DNA of 64,000 bases, taken from a virus. Lineage: Duplodnaviria; Heunggongvirae; Uroviricota; Caudoviricetes. Below the pieces are notes generated by a model, which did no database searches, was not told where the DNA came from, and worked only from the letters and a program-made list of their open reading frames with translations. Location of the stretch: the IMG/VR virus record IMGVR_UViG_3300028888_000071, positions 22,638 through 86,637 of that record. The stretch is one strand, 5' to 3'. Position numbers and translations under genes: made by a program. Of the stretch, positions 1 through 9,484 are shown piece after piece (within the stretch, counting starts at the first letter, position 1; the number at the start of each line of letters is the position of its first letter).

Positions 1-461
1 GCAAGAACGACCAGGGATACTGTTCAATCGTTCACGGTGATTTCTGTTTTAGTAACATATTGTATGATTTCAAGTCAAAGTCAATCAAAGTGATAGATCC
101 TCGTGGTAGAGACACAGAAGGCAATTTGAGCATTTATGGCGACATCAGATATGAGGTGGCAAAACTCGCGCACAGTGTTTTGGGCATGTATGACTTCATA
201 ATCGCAGGCAGATACTATTATCATGAAAATGGAAAAAATGATGTTGTGCTGGAATTTGAGAATATCGAAGAACTGAAAACACTGCAGCAGTGGTTTGTCA
301 AACAGAAATTTGGAGATTTCACATTTGACGAGTTAGACACATATATCATAATGACACATCTGTTCTTGTCGATGATACCACTACATTCAGACAGGCCAGA
401 CAGGCAGAAAGCATTTTTAGCAAATGCGTTAAGACTTTATGTAGAATACAAAAACAGATAG
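1..461 (+). CDS. protein-kinase-like (aminoglycoside/choline phosphotransferase-type) protein, 3' portion; 5' end lies outside window
   Basis: Frame open from base 3 with no stop. Translation contains HGDFCFSNIL (HGDxxxxN catalytic loop of APH/choline-kinase fold), then IDPRG...GDIRYEVAKL. Stop at 459-461. The ORF track shows only the TTG-initiated tail. Confidence 0.45.
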   Translation, partial: KNDQGYCSIVHGDFCFSNILYDFKSKSIKVIDPRGRDTEGNLSIYGDIRYEVAKLAHSVLGMYDFIIAGRYYYHENGKNDVVLEFENIEELKTLQQWFVKQKFGDFTFDELDTYIIMTHLFLSMIPLHSDRPDRQKAFLANALRLYVEYKNR

Positions 462-462
462 C

Positions 463-1713
463 ATGAACATTTATATTTCAAGAGGAATGAAATCTTATTT
501 TGCCTCCGTAGACAACAAATATCGTATCTACGGTGGCAAAGACATCATAGGAGAAACGATTTTGCGATTGACCAGACTATATCCACAACATACATTCTAT
601 TACAATGGCGCAAATGATTTAGATGATTTGGACACTTGCCCGAAAAATGTTGTGAATCTAGACAAGAAGATAAAAGCTATCGCAAGAAAGAATGTAGATG
701 ACTATGATAGAGAACTTGTCGAATGCACATTCAGATATATTGAAGCTAATGGTTTGGAATTTGACATGTTCTTGATGTTCTGCTTCATAACAGAAACACC
801 TGTGGAATACTGGAAATTCAACACCAGCAAAGGCACGCCAATGAAGCCAAGAGAAATGGACAAGAGCAGCGCATACAAGTTCGCGCCATTGAAATACACT
901 GACGGGCCAATATATTATTACACCGATGACACGAGCTGCTTCAAATGGCCACGTGATGTCAGAATACCCGCAAGAATGTTCAGCCAATATCGTGGGAGCA
1001 TAACACTAAAACAGTTCAATGAAAACACGGTGCTTACTACTGACTATGAGCTTGTTGAAAAAGAAGTAGAATACCAGCCAATAGAGCTGTTCTTTTTGAG
1101 AAACAAAAACCGCGTTGACTGGAGAAACATGAACAAGACTGGAACATTTGAAATCATATGCAACCAGTCACCAGACAACAGCCTTGAACGATTCTACTAC
1201 ATAAAGAAATGGATTCTTGACTACAGGCCTGAGCAGACAATCTATGGCAAATGGACAAAGAAGAATCTTGACGCGATGAACGAAATTCACGCAAATGTCC
1301 AAGAGGTGCCAATGATAGCAATGGAAGACAAGATGTTCAACACAAAATACACTTTCGTCATTCCAGCAAACACTGCTTATACTGGATTCGTCACACAAAA
1401 AGTGTATTCTATGCTGTATTATGGCATAGTGCCGTTTTGGTGCAAGAATGACTATGACACCACAAATATATACAGCAAGTTTCCTGACTACATAAAAGTA
1501 GAGAATCCTGAAGAACTTTACAACAAGATAAACGAGTTAGAAGCAGACAATGATCTCTATCACAAGCTTCTTGAAGAACTGTATGGCTGTTTTGAAGAAT
1601 ACATGTTTTCTGATGATTTGATTTATAATATGTTTGACAGCATACTTAACCCTTGCAATGAAGCACATGCGGTTGTTGAAGAACACATAGCAGAACATAA
1701 AAAACTATTTTGA
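463..1713 (+). CDS. hypothetical protein (416 aa)
   Basis: Long ORF. ATGA overlap with upstream stop and TGATGA overlap with downstream start (operon). No motif I can name. Confidence 0.5.
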   Translation: MNIYISRGMKSYFASVDNKYRIYGGKDIIGETILRLTRLYPQHTFYYNGANDLDDLDTCPKNVVNLDKKIKAIARKNVDDYDRELVECTFRYIEANGLEFDMFLMFCFITETPVEYWKFNTSKGTPMKPREMDKSSAYKFAPLKYTDGPIYYYTDDTSCFKWPRDVRIPARMFSQYRGSITLKQFNENTVLTTDYELVEKEVEYQPIELFFLRNKNRVDWRNMNKTGTFEIICNQSPDNSLERFYYIKKWILDYRPEQTIYGKWTKKNLDAMNEIHANVQEVPMIAMEDKMFNTKYTFVIPANTAYTGFVTQKVYSMLYYGIVPFWCKNDYDTTNIYSKFPDYIKVENPEELYNKINELEADNDLYHKLLEELYGCFEEYMFSDDLIYNMFDSILNPCNEAHAVVEEHIAEHKKLF

Positions 1714-3002
1714 TGAAAAAAATAAAATGGGGCTGCATACAGCCATTGACTGGTGGAATGTACATTGGCGCGATGAATGCAATCGGACACAAAGCGGATT
1801 GGGTTCTTAGCTATCCTGGACTTGCAGCCACAAAATTTGATGATAATGGAAACATAAAAGAAGCAGGAAATGAATATAGTCTGCTTAAATGGTGTGAGAA
1901 AAGAGACGAAATTCCAGCATACCAGTTGTTTGACAGAAAACCGTTTGACAAAGTGGACATCAACAATGTCAACATCATTGACGATCCAGTATGGACAAAA
2001 GAAAAAGTAGATTTTTCTAACACTGACATTGTTGTGTCTGTCCCTGTCTGTTCGGGTTTGTCGCAAGCGACTATCGCCAAAGATGAAACAAAATCTGAAC
2101 GGAACAACAACATGATATTCAACGCGGAATTTGCTTTGAGTGTCATAAAGCCAAAAGTGTACATATTCGAGAATGCTCCAACATTATTCAGCAACGCCGG
2201 CATTCCAGTAAGAGACATGATAAACAAAATCGCGTTTGAACATGACTATTCAGTTGTCTATTACAAGACTAACACTAAGTTCCACGACAACTGCCAGAAC
2301 CGTCCGCGCACATTTGTGATGATGATAAAGAACATTGATGGCAAGTCAGGATGTCCGAGCATGAACGGAGAGCACGTGATGACGAATGTTGTAGAATATC
2401 TTTCAAGAATACCGGAAAACGCGTCACAGCAAGAACCAATTGAAATGGAGCCAATAAACAACCTCATAATGAAGTTCATATATGACATGTATGGTGATGA
2501 TTTCAGAAACGACGAAGACACTTGGTCCATAGACTGCATCATCAAAAGTGGAGACAAGTTTGACAAGTGGCTTGATGAGGTTGACTATGACAGTGAAACA
2601 AAAGAAAAGCTTAGACACAACATAGACCATATAAGAAAGAAAATTGCGATGAACAAGAACTTCTATTCCATCGCTCCCGGGTGGCTTACAGAAAAGTCTG
2701 AACTTGCTCCGGTATGCATGTTCAAAACTATATTGACCACATTGCACTACAAAGAGAACAGGATTCTGAATGCAAGAGAATGGCTTCATCTTATGGGACA
2801 TCCACATGACTATGAACTGTATGGCGACTACATGACAAACTACCCTAAAATCGGGCAGAATGTTCCGGCAAGAACTGCGCAGTTCATTGTCAGTGAAGCA
2901 GTGCGCATTGTTGAAAACTGGGAGACTTTGTCGAGAATGAATCCGAGTGTGTTCATGTTCGACAACACAAAATTTGACGAACATATAAAAAGTCTTTTTT
3001 GA
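1710..3002 (+). CDS. diverged DNA cytosine-C5 methyltransferase-like protein (copy 1)
   Basis: Ordered C5-MTase-like motifs: TGGMYIG (I-like), PVCSGLSQA (IV, PCQGFSQAG-like but Q->S), IFENAPTL (VI ENV-like), QNRPRTFV (VIII), GQNVPARTAQFIV (X, GNSV-like). Paralog of 57909-59216. Confidence 0.5.
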   Translation: MMKKIKWGCIQPLTGGMYIGAMNAIGHKADWVLSYPGLAATKFDDNGNIKEAGNEYSLLKWCEKRDEIPAYQLFDRKPFDKVDINNVNIIDDPVWTKEKVDFSNTDIVVSVPVCSGLSQATIAKDETKSERNNNMIFNAEFALSVIKPKVYIFENAPTLFSNAGIPVRDMINKIAFEHDYSVVYYKTNTKFHDNCQNRPRTFVMMIKNIDGKSGCPSMNGEHVMTNVVEYLSRIPENASQQEPIEMEPINNLIMKFIYDMYGDDFRNDEDTWSIDCIIKSGDKFDKWLDEVDYDSETKEKLRHNIDHIRKKIAMNKNFYSIAPGWLTEKSELAPVCMFKTILTTLHYKENRILNAREWLHLMGHPHDYELYGDYMTNYPKIGQNVPARTAQFIVSEAVRIVENWETLSRMNPSVFMFDNTKFDEHIKSLF

Positions 3003-3016
3003 TAAATAAAAACAAA

Positions 3017-3553
3017 ATGAAAAGAATTCTTATTGCTTTGTTCAGTTTGTTTCTGTTTGCATGCAGTCCACAAAAAACGGAAACCGATACTCCTGTGGAG
3101 GCTCAAGTGGAAGTCGTGGAAGAGACTGAAGCTCTCCCGTCTTGGATTGTCGTGGATGACAATGTTGCAGAAGGCTATGTGTCATACAGCTCGTCAAACA
3201 TCAAGTTCGACACAGTCGTTCCGCTGAATGTTTTCCCGTTTGTCGTGAAAGACACTGCTGGAAACAGTGGCTTGTTTGTGTTAGTCACTCTCAATAGATA
3301 TGACATGCTGTATGTCGGACAGTTGAGTGTGTCAGACGAGAACAATCATGCTGTCACTGCCGCATATGTGAGCAATGTTTCTGCAAAAGAGCATTCTGAG
3401 TCTCATCTGTTCATGATTGATGAGAAAGACTTGCCGTTCTTCAAAGACAAGAAAAGTCTAAGATTCAACATTTGGGGAATATACGGTTCAGTTTATATGA
3501 TACTTGACAGCGTGCAGACAGCCAATGTCATTTGGCTTGCGAATATGATATGA
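3017..3553 (+). CDS. small lipoprotein (signal peptide + lipobox)
   Basis: MKRILIALFSLFLFAC: hydrophobic h-region ending in lipobox-like LFAC, followed by CSPQKTETD. ATG at 3017 inside ORF 2999-3553. Confidence 0.5.
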   Translation: MKRILIALFSLFLFACSPQKTETDTPVEAQVEVVEETEALPSWIVVDDNVAEGYVSYSSSNIKFDTVVPLNVFPFVVKDTAGNSGLFVLVTLNRYDMLYVGQLSVSDENNHAVTAAYVSNVSAKEHSESHLFMIDEKDLPFFKDKKSLRFNIWGIYGSVYMILDSVQTANVIWLANMI

Positions 3554-3574
3554 TGATTTTTCTTTTATAAGCTA

Positions 3575-3610
3575 AAACGGACTTGTAATAAATATGAGTC
3601 CGTTTTTTAT
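3575..3610 (+). terminator. rho-independent terminator
   Basis: Stem aaacggact / agtccgttt (9 bp) with 12-nt loop, followed by tttttt. Confidence 0.55.
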
Positions 3611-3637
3611 TATTTTTATTTGTCAATTTCATTTTGT

Positions 3638-5767
3638 ATGGATATAAAAAAATTACAGCATAAAGAGCAGGAGATAGACAACTGCATAAAAGTTCTCAAA
3701 CAAGAATTCATTGGCATAGACAGCATAATCGACCAGGTGATGAACAACATAAAGCCCTGGTACATGTTCCCTGAACTGAACGAGCGTCCAGTCGTCATCA
3801 ATCTATGGGGCATGACGGGCTGTGGCAAGACAAGTCTCGTGAACCGTATATGCGAACTGCTTGACTTTTCCAGTGGAGTCATGTACTACAACTTAGCAAA
3901 ACTTGGTGAAGACAATTCAAATGACATTGAAGATGAGTTCCGCACGACAATCGGATACACTAAAAAGAATCCAGTGTTCATATTTGATGAGTTCCAGTTT
4001 GCTGCTTCACTTGACCAGAATGGCAAAGAGAAAGAAATAAAGACGTCACTCAAAACAATATGGGAGATCATTGACTGTGGAAAGATAAAACGCTCTTCAG
4101 ACATCGACACGAAAAGGACTTTTGAGAGAATAACAAATGCGATAGAAGTGTTTGACACATGTGGCGGGATAATCAAGGACGGAGTATGGGTCAATTCAGA
4201 AGAATGCATGAAAAACCTGCCCACATCAGCAAAAGCTGAACTTTACAGATTCTTCAATGTAGAAGGTGAAGTTCCAGAAGCATATTCGGACTTTGTCACT
4301 CAAAGATACTGGTCTGATTTTTTAGACAGAAGTTTCACAAATGACACTTCATTCTACATGTCATGTGAAACTGGTGTGAGGATATATGACGTTCTTGGAA
4401 CATTGGGAGACATCTCTTGCCCGTATGAAGTGTACAAGAATGATGTACTGAACAAAATGTCGATGACAGACTTGTATGACACAGTGAAAAGACTCAGCAA
4501 ACGGCTTGGCAAAGGCTACAATATAGATTACAGCCAAGCATTGGTGTTCGTGATGGGAAACATTGATGAAGCTTATGAGATGAGCTACAATGTAGACCCT
4601 GACATGGATCCAGACCAGTTCAAGATTGCTACCGAGAAACTTTCTGCCATAGATGTCAAAGAAGCGCTTCACGAAAGATTCCGCAATGAACAGATTGCAA
4701 GACTTGGCAGCATAATGATACTGTACCCGTCTTTCTCTAAAGATGAGTTCAAGAAGATTATAGAAATTGAACTGCAGAAATATGCCAAATCAGTCAAAAG
4801 CGACATAGACATAGACATCGAGTTTGATGACACAATAAAAGAACTCATATACAATGACGGCGTGTTCCCAGCTCAAGGAACAAGACCAGTGTTCACTTCC
4901 ATATATGAGATTGCTAAGACGAAGCTTGCTTATGTGATAACCGAATGCATCAACCAAAATGTGTTTGACATATCAAAAATACATATGAGATGCGAACACA
5001 ATGACATACTTATAGATGTGGACACCTCAACCGGCAAAGTCATTTCAATGAAATATGAGCAGCCATTGAGAGTAATCAGCCAGAGACAGAGGACGAACAA
5101 AGAGCAGCAGATCATCACTGCGGTGCATGAAAGCGGGCATTTCGTGATGTACAGCAAATGCACCGGGAAACTTCCAGCAAAACTGATGTCAGTGACTGCG
5201 TCATCTCACACAAACGGCTTCATGCTTCCCGACAACAGTGAAGATGAATGTTGCATGACGAGAAAAGACTATCTTGACCAGATAATGACAAGCCTTGGTG
5301 GTTATGCTGCAGAAAAGATTTTGTTTGGCGATGATGAAATCACAAGTGGCGCAAGCGAAGATCTGGTGAACGCTACAACGCTTGCGTCAAACATGGTGAG
5401 GAACTTTGGAATGGGAACTGCTGGCGCAGCAGTCACCACATATCTCAGGGATCCAATGTCCACGAACGGTGGTGCAATTGTCTTGGACACGGAAAAAGAA
5501 CTTGAACGCACTAACATGGAGATACTCAACACTATCAGTTGGTGCCTGCAGAAAGTGACACATGCATTGAAGAACGGATGCTGGAGAAAGATGTTCTCAG
5601 AATCGATGGAATATCTGTCGGAGCACCCGTCAATGCCTGTTGAAAAGATGAGAGAAATCTATGGCAAGATTCCAGATGCCGAGAAGAGTGACCGAATAAA
5701 TAAAACAACTTGGCTATCAGGCAAGCTGCAAGATTTCATAAATTATCAAGATGAGAAAGCTTTTTGA
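3638..5767 (+). CDS. FtsH-like AAA+ ATPase / M41 zinc-metalloprotease homolog, no transmembrane segment
   Basis: Walker A WGMTGCGKTS. C-terminal HESGH zincin motif followed by LGGYAAEKILFGDDEITSGASEDLVNATTLASNMVRNFGMG, which parallels the FtsH protease core (GRAAEelifG..vTTGAsnDl..AT..Ar.MV..yGMs). Real ATG at 3638. Confidence 0.6.
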   Translation: MDIKKLQHKEQEIDNCIKVLKQEFIGIDSIIDQVMNNIKPWYMFPELNERPVVINLWGMTGCGKTSLVNRICELLDFSSGVMYYNLAKLGEDNSNDIEDEFRTTIGYTKKNPVFIFDEFQFAASLDQNGKEKEIKTSLKTIWEIIDCGKIKRSSDIDTKRTFERITNAIEVFDTCGGIIKDGVWVNSEECMKNLPTSAKAELYRFFNVEGEVPEAYSDFVTQRYWSDFLDRSFTNDTSFYMSCETGVRIYDVLGTLGDISCPYEVYKNDVLNKMSMTDLYDTVKRLSKRLGKGYNIDYSQALVFVMGNIDEAYEMSYNVDPDMDPDQFKIATEKLSAIDVKEALHERFRNEQIARLGSIMILYPSFSKDEFKKIIEIELQKYAKSVKSDIDIDIEFDDTIKELIYNDGVFPAQGTRPVFTSIYEIAKTKLAYVITECINQNVFDISKIHMRCEHNDILIDVDTSTGKVISMKYEQPLRVISQRQRTNKEQQIITAVHESGHFVMYSKCTGKLPAKLMSVTASSHTNGFMLPDNSEDECCMTRKDYLDQIMTSLGGYAAEKILFGDDEITSGASEDLVNATTLASNMVRNFGMGTAGAAVTTYLRDPMSTNGGAIVLDTEKELERTNMEILNTISWCLQKVTHALKNGCWRKMFSESMEYLSEHPSMPVEKMREIYGKIPDAEKSDRINKTTWLSGKLQDFINYQDEKAF

Positions 5768-6050
5768 AAAATACAATGACAGCGACAGTATCAGTCCGTA
5801 TTATTTGGGGATATTCATGTATAATGGATATATGTTCAAACTCACATCAACTTTGAAAGATGACATGTCAGTGTGGAGAGTCGATGTGAGAACAAAAAAT
5901 GGAGAATGGACATTCGAGACGGGCAATCTGATATTTGCTAACACAGCAGCCTCATACACCATACAAGACACAAGCGTGAACATTTCATACGCATTCTCTA
6001 AAGGTGTCGAGATTGCAGAAACATATATAAAATCAGTTTACAACAATTAA
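5751..6050 (+). CDS. hypothetical protein (99 aa)
   Basis: ORF overlapping the preceding stop by a few codons (operon-like). Confidence 0.35.
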   Translation: MRKLFEKYNDSDSISPYYLGIFMYNGYMFKLTSTLKDDMSVWRVDVRTKNGEWTFETGNLIFANTAASYTIQDTSVNISYAFSKGVEIAETYIKSVYNN

Positions 6051-6065
6051 CAAAAATTTAAAGAC

Positions 6066-6236
6066 ATGAACGAAAAAGAAGCAATCAACGTTTTAATGCA
6101 AGCTGCTCTAATCGGGCAGAAAAGTGGAGTGTATGCTCTCAAAGACTCAGCTCTGATTTACCAAGCTATATGTGTTCTCAATCCAGAATATGCTAAAGAG
6201 AACATGAATGAAGAAACAGTGAAGAGTGAAGAATAA
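6066..6236 (+). CDS. small hypothetical protein (56 aa)
   Basis: ATG at 6066 (MNEKEAINVLMQAALIGQ...), below the ORF-track size cutoff. It fills an otherwise empty gap and ends 2 nt before the next start. Confidence 0.25.
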   Translation: MNEKEAINVLMQAALIGQKSGVYALKDSALIYQAICVLNPEYAKENMNEETVKSEE

Positions 6237-6237
6237 G

Positions 6238-6816
6238 ATGAAGTTCGGCATAGATGTAGATGGCGTCCTGCGGAATCTGGTAGATGGCATCATATTCCTG
6301 TACAACGTGAAGTTCGGGAAGACAATAACCAGAAAAGATTTCGTGAACTATGACGTGAGAGACACTTTCCCAGACATACCGAATGCGAACGAGTATTTCT
6401 TTACTGGCAAGAACGCAGAGATTCTTTTGAGAATGTCTGCACCGGTAGATGGCGCTGTTGATGCTTACCATCTCTTGTCGGGAATAGGGACGGTGTACAT
6501 AGTGACAAGCCAAAGCACGTATGACAACATAAGCCACACTTTGTACTGGCTTCACAAGAACGACATAGACACTGACCAGATCTGTTTTGTCAGAGACAAG
6601 TCTATGATAGCAAGTCTTGACTATATGATTGATGACAACCCAGACAAGTTCATCGGGTGCACTGCTAAGCACGCGGCTTTGATTGACATGCCATACAACA
6701 GGAACGTCGATTTAGAAAAAATAAAAGAGACTTGCAGCTGTGAGACAGTGGAACGGTATCTGAGTCTTGCCGACTTTGCTGACAGATTCATAAGACAATC
6801 ATATAAAACCAAATAA
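6238..6816 (+). CDS. HAD-superfamily 5'(3')-deoxyribonucleotidase-like protein
   Basis: N-terminus MKFGIDVDGVL is the HAD motif I (DxDGV), as in NT5C-type dNMP nucleotidases. Size about 190 aa. Confidence 0.5.
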   Translation: MKFGIDVDGVLRNLVDGIIFLYNVKFGKTITRKDFVNYDVRDTFPDIPNANEYFFTGKNAEILLRMSAPVDGAVDAYHLLSGIGTVYIVTSQSTYDNISHTLYWLHKNDIDTDQICFVRDKSMIASLDYMIDDNPDKFIGCTAKHAALIDMPYNRNVDLEKIKETCSCETVERYLSLADFADRFIRQSYKTK

Positions 6817-6823
6817 AAGAACA

Positions 6824-7003
6824 ATGGAACAAGAAGCGTTATTATGTGCTAAATTTATCCTTGAACTGAATTCGGATGGATACTATGTAGATGTAGACAC
6901 ATTAGAAGCAGCAAAAAGCATAGTGAATGACTATGTGTCAGAGAACGACTGCTCAGTTGACGAGAACTGGGAAGACGATGACAATTACAACTGGGAGAAC
7001 TAA
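6824..7003 (+). CDS. small acidic hypothetical protein (59 aa)
   Basis: ATG 6824 to TAA 7001-7003, with TAAATG junction to the next gene. Below the ORF-track cutoff. Confidence 0.25.
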   Translation: MEQEALLCAKFILELNSDGYYVDVDTLEAAKSIVNDYVSENDCSVDENWEDDDNYNWEN

Positions 7004-7474
7004 ATGGCATTCTCAAGTCCAAATTTCTACATAAAAGTATGCAGCAGAATATATGTGAACAATCTGTCCATATATGAAGTCGTTCATGAAGAGATAAAGA
7101 AAAATGGATATGACTGCTCTCTGAACCACATTGATGTGTCTTGCATCTCAAGTCTGAACGGCCTGTTCAGCGGATGCTGTTTTCCAGACGGGAAGTTCCC
7201 TGACATAAGTTCTTGGGACACTAGAAATGTGAAACACATGAAAGCCACATTCTACCACGCAAGTGTCAACTGTGACTTGTCGATGTGGGACACCAGCAAA
7301 GTGATAGACATGTCATATGCGTTCGCTTATGCAAATGTGAAGAATCTAAGGATTTCAGACTGGAACACGAAAAGCCTGTGCGATGTGGACATGATGTTCA
7401 AATACTCTAACTTTGATGAAGACATCTCGTCATGGGATCTTTCTCTGGCTAAAAACAAGAAACGAATGTTTTGA
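7004..7474 (+). CDS. DUF285/BspA-like repeat protein
   Basis: About 26-aa repeats of the form F..A..FN.DISSWD.S.V..M..MF (ISSWDTRNVKHM, LSMWDTSKVIDMSYAF, ISDWNTKSLCDVDMMF, ISSWDLS). Confidence 0.5.
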   Translation: MAFSSPNFYIKVCSRIYVNNLSIYEVVHEEIKKNGYDCSLNHIDVSCISSLNGLFSGCCFPDGKFPDISSWDTRNVKHMKATFYHASVNCDLSMWDTSKVIDMSYAFAYANVKNLRISDWNTKSLCDVDMMFKYSNFDEDISSWDLSLAKNKKRMF

Positions 7475-7489
7475 GTGTCACACAAAAAC

Positions 7490-7530
7490 AAATGCACCAG
7501 ATTTCATAGATGATTTCTGGTGCATTTTTG
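7490..7530 (+). terminator. rho-independent terminator
   Basis: Stem aaatgcaccaga / tctggtgcattt (12 bp), then tttg. Confidence 0.6.
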
Positions 7531-7571
7531 TATGATTTCAATATTGTTTATTGTCTGGATATAAAGTGTCT

Positions 7572-7584
7572 TAGATGTCATCTA
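7572..7584. promoter_or_regulatory. palindromic element TAGATGTCATCTA (copy 1)
   Basis: Odd palindrome TAGATG-T-CATCTA in a convergent intergenic gap. Shares the 20-nt context AAGTGTC.TAGATGTCATCTA with the copy at 41747. Confidence 0.4.
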
Positions 7585-7586
7585 GC

Positions 7587-8195
7587 TTATTTGGTTTGTT
7601 TTTTGTCAAACACATGTCTGATGAATTCTTCTTGGGCATTCTTGATTGTACCGTTCATGAAGTAGTTGTCGTCAGAAAGAAGCATGTAATGAATGAGGTT
7701 GTAGTTGACGCAGCAGCATTGTGTGACGAATTCTAAGTTGTATCTTTTTATGCACGGACTTATGTTGACATTGAACGGTGATTTCGTTATTATGTCAGTG
7801 TTCATTTTGAAAAGTGGTTTCTGCTTTGTAGAGTCAGCGACTGCTGGCCAGTCAGTTATCTCTTTCTCTATGTCAAAGCTGAACATCTTGTAGATGAACT
7901 CGAATATCTGGGCTCTCATCTTGTATGGAATGTGGTGCATGTCTATGCCATAGAACAAGTTTGACTTCTCTTTGTCTGGGCCGAGCGACATTATGTATGG
8001 CCGAGTGTCAATCATTTTCTTTTTGGCTGATGGCGGAAAATAGTTGAACACATAAAGCTTTCCGGGCCGTATGTCTTGCATCACAAGTGGACATTCTTTC
8101 AAAATGTCAGAAAACGCAAGACTTACTTTTGCTGCCGTCGTGCACTGATAAAGAACTTCTTTGATTTTGTCTCCTATAGAATATAAAGCTGCCAT
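7587..8195 (-). CDS. hypothetical protein (202 aa), probable virion/baseplate-cluster gene
   Basis: ORF in a leftward operon with the gp25-like gene. Confidence 0.45.
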   Translation of the reverse strand: MAALYSIGDKIKEVLYQCTTAAKVSLAFSDILKECPLVMQDIRPGKLYVFNYFPPSAKKKMIDTRPYIMSLGPDKEKSNLFYGIDMHHIPYKMRAQIFEFIYKMFSFDIEKEITDWPAVADSTKQKPLFKMNTDIITKSPFNVNISPCIKRYNLEFVTQCCCVNYNLIHYMLLSDDNYFMNGTIKNAQEEFIRHVFDKKQTK

Positions 8196-8196
8196 G

Positions 8197-8577
8197 TTAG
8201 AATGCGTATGATGTCACTACATAGTCATTTATGATGATGTCAACCACACACATGAATGAACTCTCAATTGTCCGTTCATAGAAGTTGACGTCACACAGCA
8301 CATTGTATCGAGAGTCTTCACTTGACATGACATATTTCCAGATCTGCATGTTGATTTCGTTCCGTATGAAGTCCGCGCTCACATTAGTCTCGAAAATGTA
8401 TTTCTCAAGATCCACACCGAAATCTGGCTGAGCAAGCAGGCTTCCTTTTGGCGTGTAAAGCATGATCTCGATTTTCTGAATTATGTTCACTAGCTTGTCG
8501 TGAATCTCAAGTGCCGTGTCAGAATATCTTGGCGACTCTTCTGATATGCAGAATATTTCATTTATCTGTTGTCCCAT
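8197..8577 (-). CDS. baseplate wedge protein, gp25/GPW-like
   Basis: 126 aa. LYTPKGSLLAQPDFGVDLEKYIFE matches the gp25/GPW core (T..GER...P.FG..L..llFe). Confidence 0.45.
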   Translation of the reverse strand: MGQQINEIFCISEESPRYSDTALEIHDKLVNIIQKIEIMLYTPKGSLLAQPDFGVDLEKYIFETNVSADFIRNEINMQIWKYVMSSEDSRYNVLCDVNFYERTIESSFMCVVDIIINDYVVTSYAF

Positions 8578-8580
8578 TTA

Positions 8581-8898
8581 TTAGTTAAAGTATATGGTAA
8601 CATTGCCTTCATCAATGATGATGTCTATCATGTCATTTTTTCTAATCCTGTCCGTACTAACTCCTTTTGATGGATGCCAGCTATATTCATATCCATTAAG
8701 ATTATGATAACTGCCTCTACTTGTTTCAATGAAACTTATGGCATAATCACCAAAAGCAGACAAAAGATTTGAAAGATATTCTTTCATTTTTTCAGGTGAA
8801 GTATTATAACGAAAACTAAGTTTGACTTGCGGATTAAGTTTAGCCGCTTCGTTTATCTGGTTTCTCGCAATTTCATCAACTTTCATTATTTTTGGCAT
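8581..8898 (-). CDS. hypothetical protein (105 aa)
   Basis: First gene of the leftward operon, downstream of a palindromic TATAAATA box. Confidence 0.45.
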   Translation of the reverse strand: MPKIMKVDEIARNQINEAAKLNPQVKLSFRYNTSPEKMKEYLSNLLSAFGDYAISFIETSRGSYHNLNGYEYSWHPSKGVSTDRIRKNDMIDIIIDEGNVTIYFN

Positions 8899-8916
8899 AC
8901 TGTATTTTTATTTAAA

Positions 8917-8932
8917 TTATTTATATAAATAA
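8917..8932. promoter_or_regulatory. 16-bp perfect palindrome TTATTTATATAAATAA containing T4-late-type TATAAATA in both orientations (putative bidirectional late promoter)
   Basis: The sequence is self-complementary. It lies 20 nt upstream of ATG 8951 (+) and about 20 nt upstream of the divergent gene starting at 8898 (-). Confidence 0.4.
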
Positions 8933-8950
8933 TGAAAACAATATTTAGTA

Positions 8951-9478
8951 ATGAGATACATAAAGACATTTGAAGCATACGGTTCCGGATCGTCATTAGA
9001 TGCGGTGACTACAATGTTGTCATTTATGGCGAAGCTTGGCAGTGGGATGCAGCAGAAGCTTGCTCAAGCGAAACTTGACTGCATACAAGAAGTGACATGC
9101 ACGCCGTTAGCAGAACTGTTTGACGAAGAGACGATAGAGAAGATAAAGAGAAGAGTGCATCCCGTCGTCAAAGAATGCTATGCAAATGCACTGCACACTG
9201 CAGAATGCTTGGTAGAGCAAAATGTTGAATACTGTGAAGGGTATATCATATTCCAAGGCATTCCCATTGAGCACGCATTCAACAAGATTGGAGACAAATA
9301 CTTTGACGTCACACAAGAACTTGCAATCGGTCATGATCCGTCAGAGCAGACATATGCAGTCATTGGATCTTGGGATCCAGAAACTGCTTTGATGGTGATG
9401 GCAAGCGGCCCTTACCAGTGCTATGGCGAAGTCTTCGACAAAGAGTTCATCGAGAACAACAAAGAGAATGTAAGATAA
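8951..9478 (+). CDS. hypothetical protein (175 aa)
   Basis: ORF preceded by a TATAAATA box. Confidence 0.5.
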   Translation: MRYIKTFEAYGSGSSLDAVTTMLSFMAKLGSGMQQKLAQAKLDCIQEVTCTPLAELFDEETIEKIKRRVHPVVKECYANALHTAECLVEQNVEYCEGYIIFQGIPIEHAFNKIGDKYFDVTQELAIGHDPSEQTYAVIGSWDPETALMVMASGPYQCYGEVFDKEFIENNKENVR

Positions 9479-9484
9479 ACAATT

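Noticed and set aside
658-2066. Minus-strand ORFs overlapping the first operon (658-987, 1168-1398, 1623-2066, 1811-2227) and similar antisense ORFs under other long genes
   Set aside because: They lie entirely inside longer sense ORFs that have overlapping-stop operon structure and recognisable motifs. No independent support.
3620-3637. TTG-initiated extensions reported by the ORF track (3620, 30511, 2999, 6226, 38171, 32826)
   Set aside because: In each case an in-frame ATG with better spacing to upstream terminator/promoter elements lies a few codons downstream. Starts were moved to the ATG.
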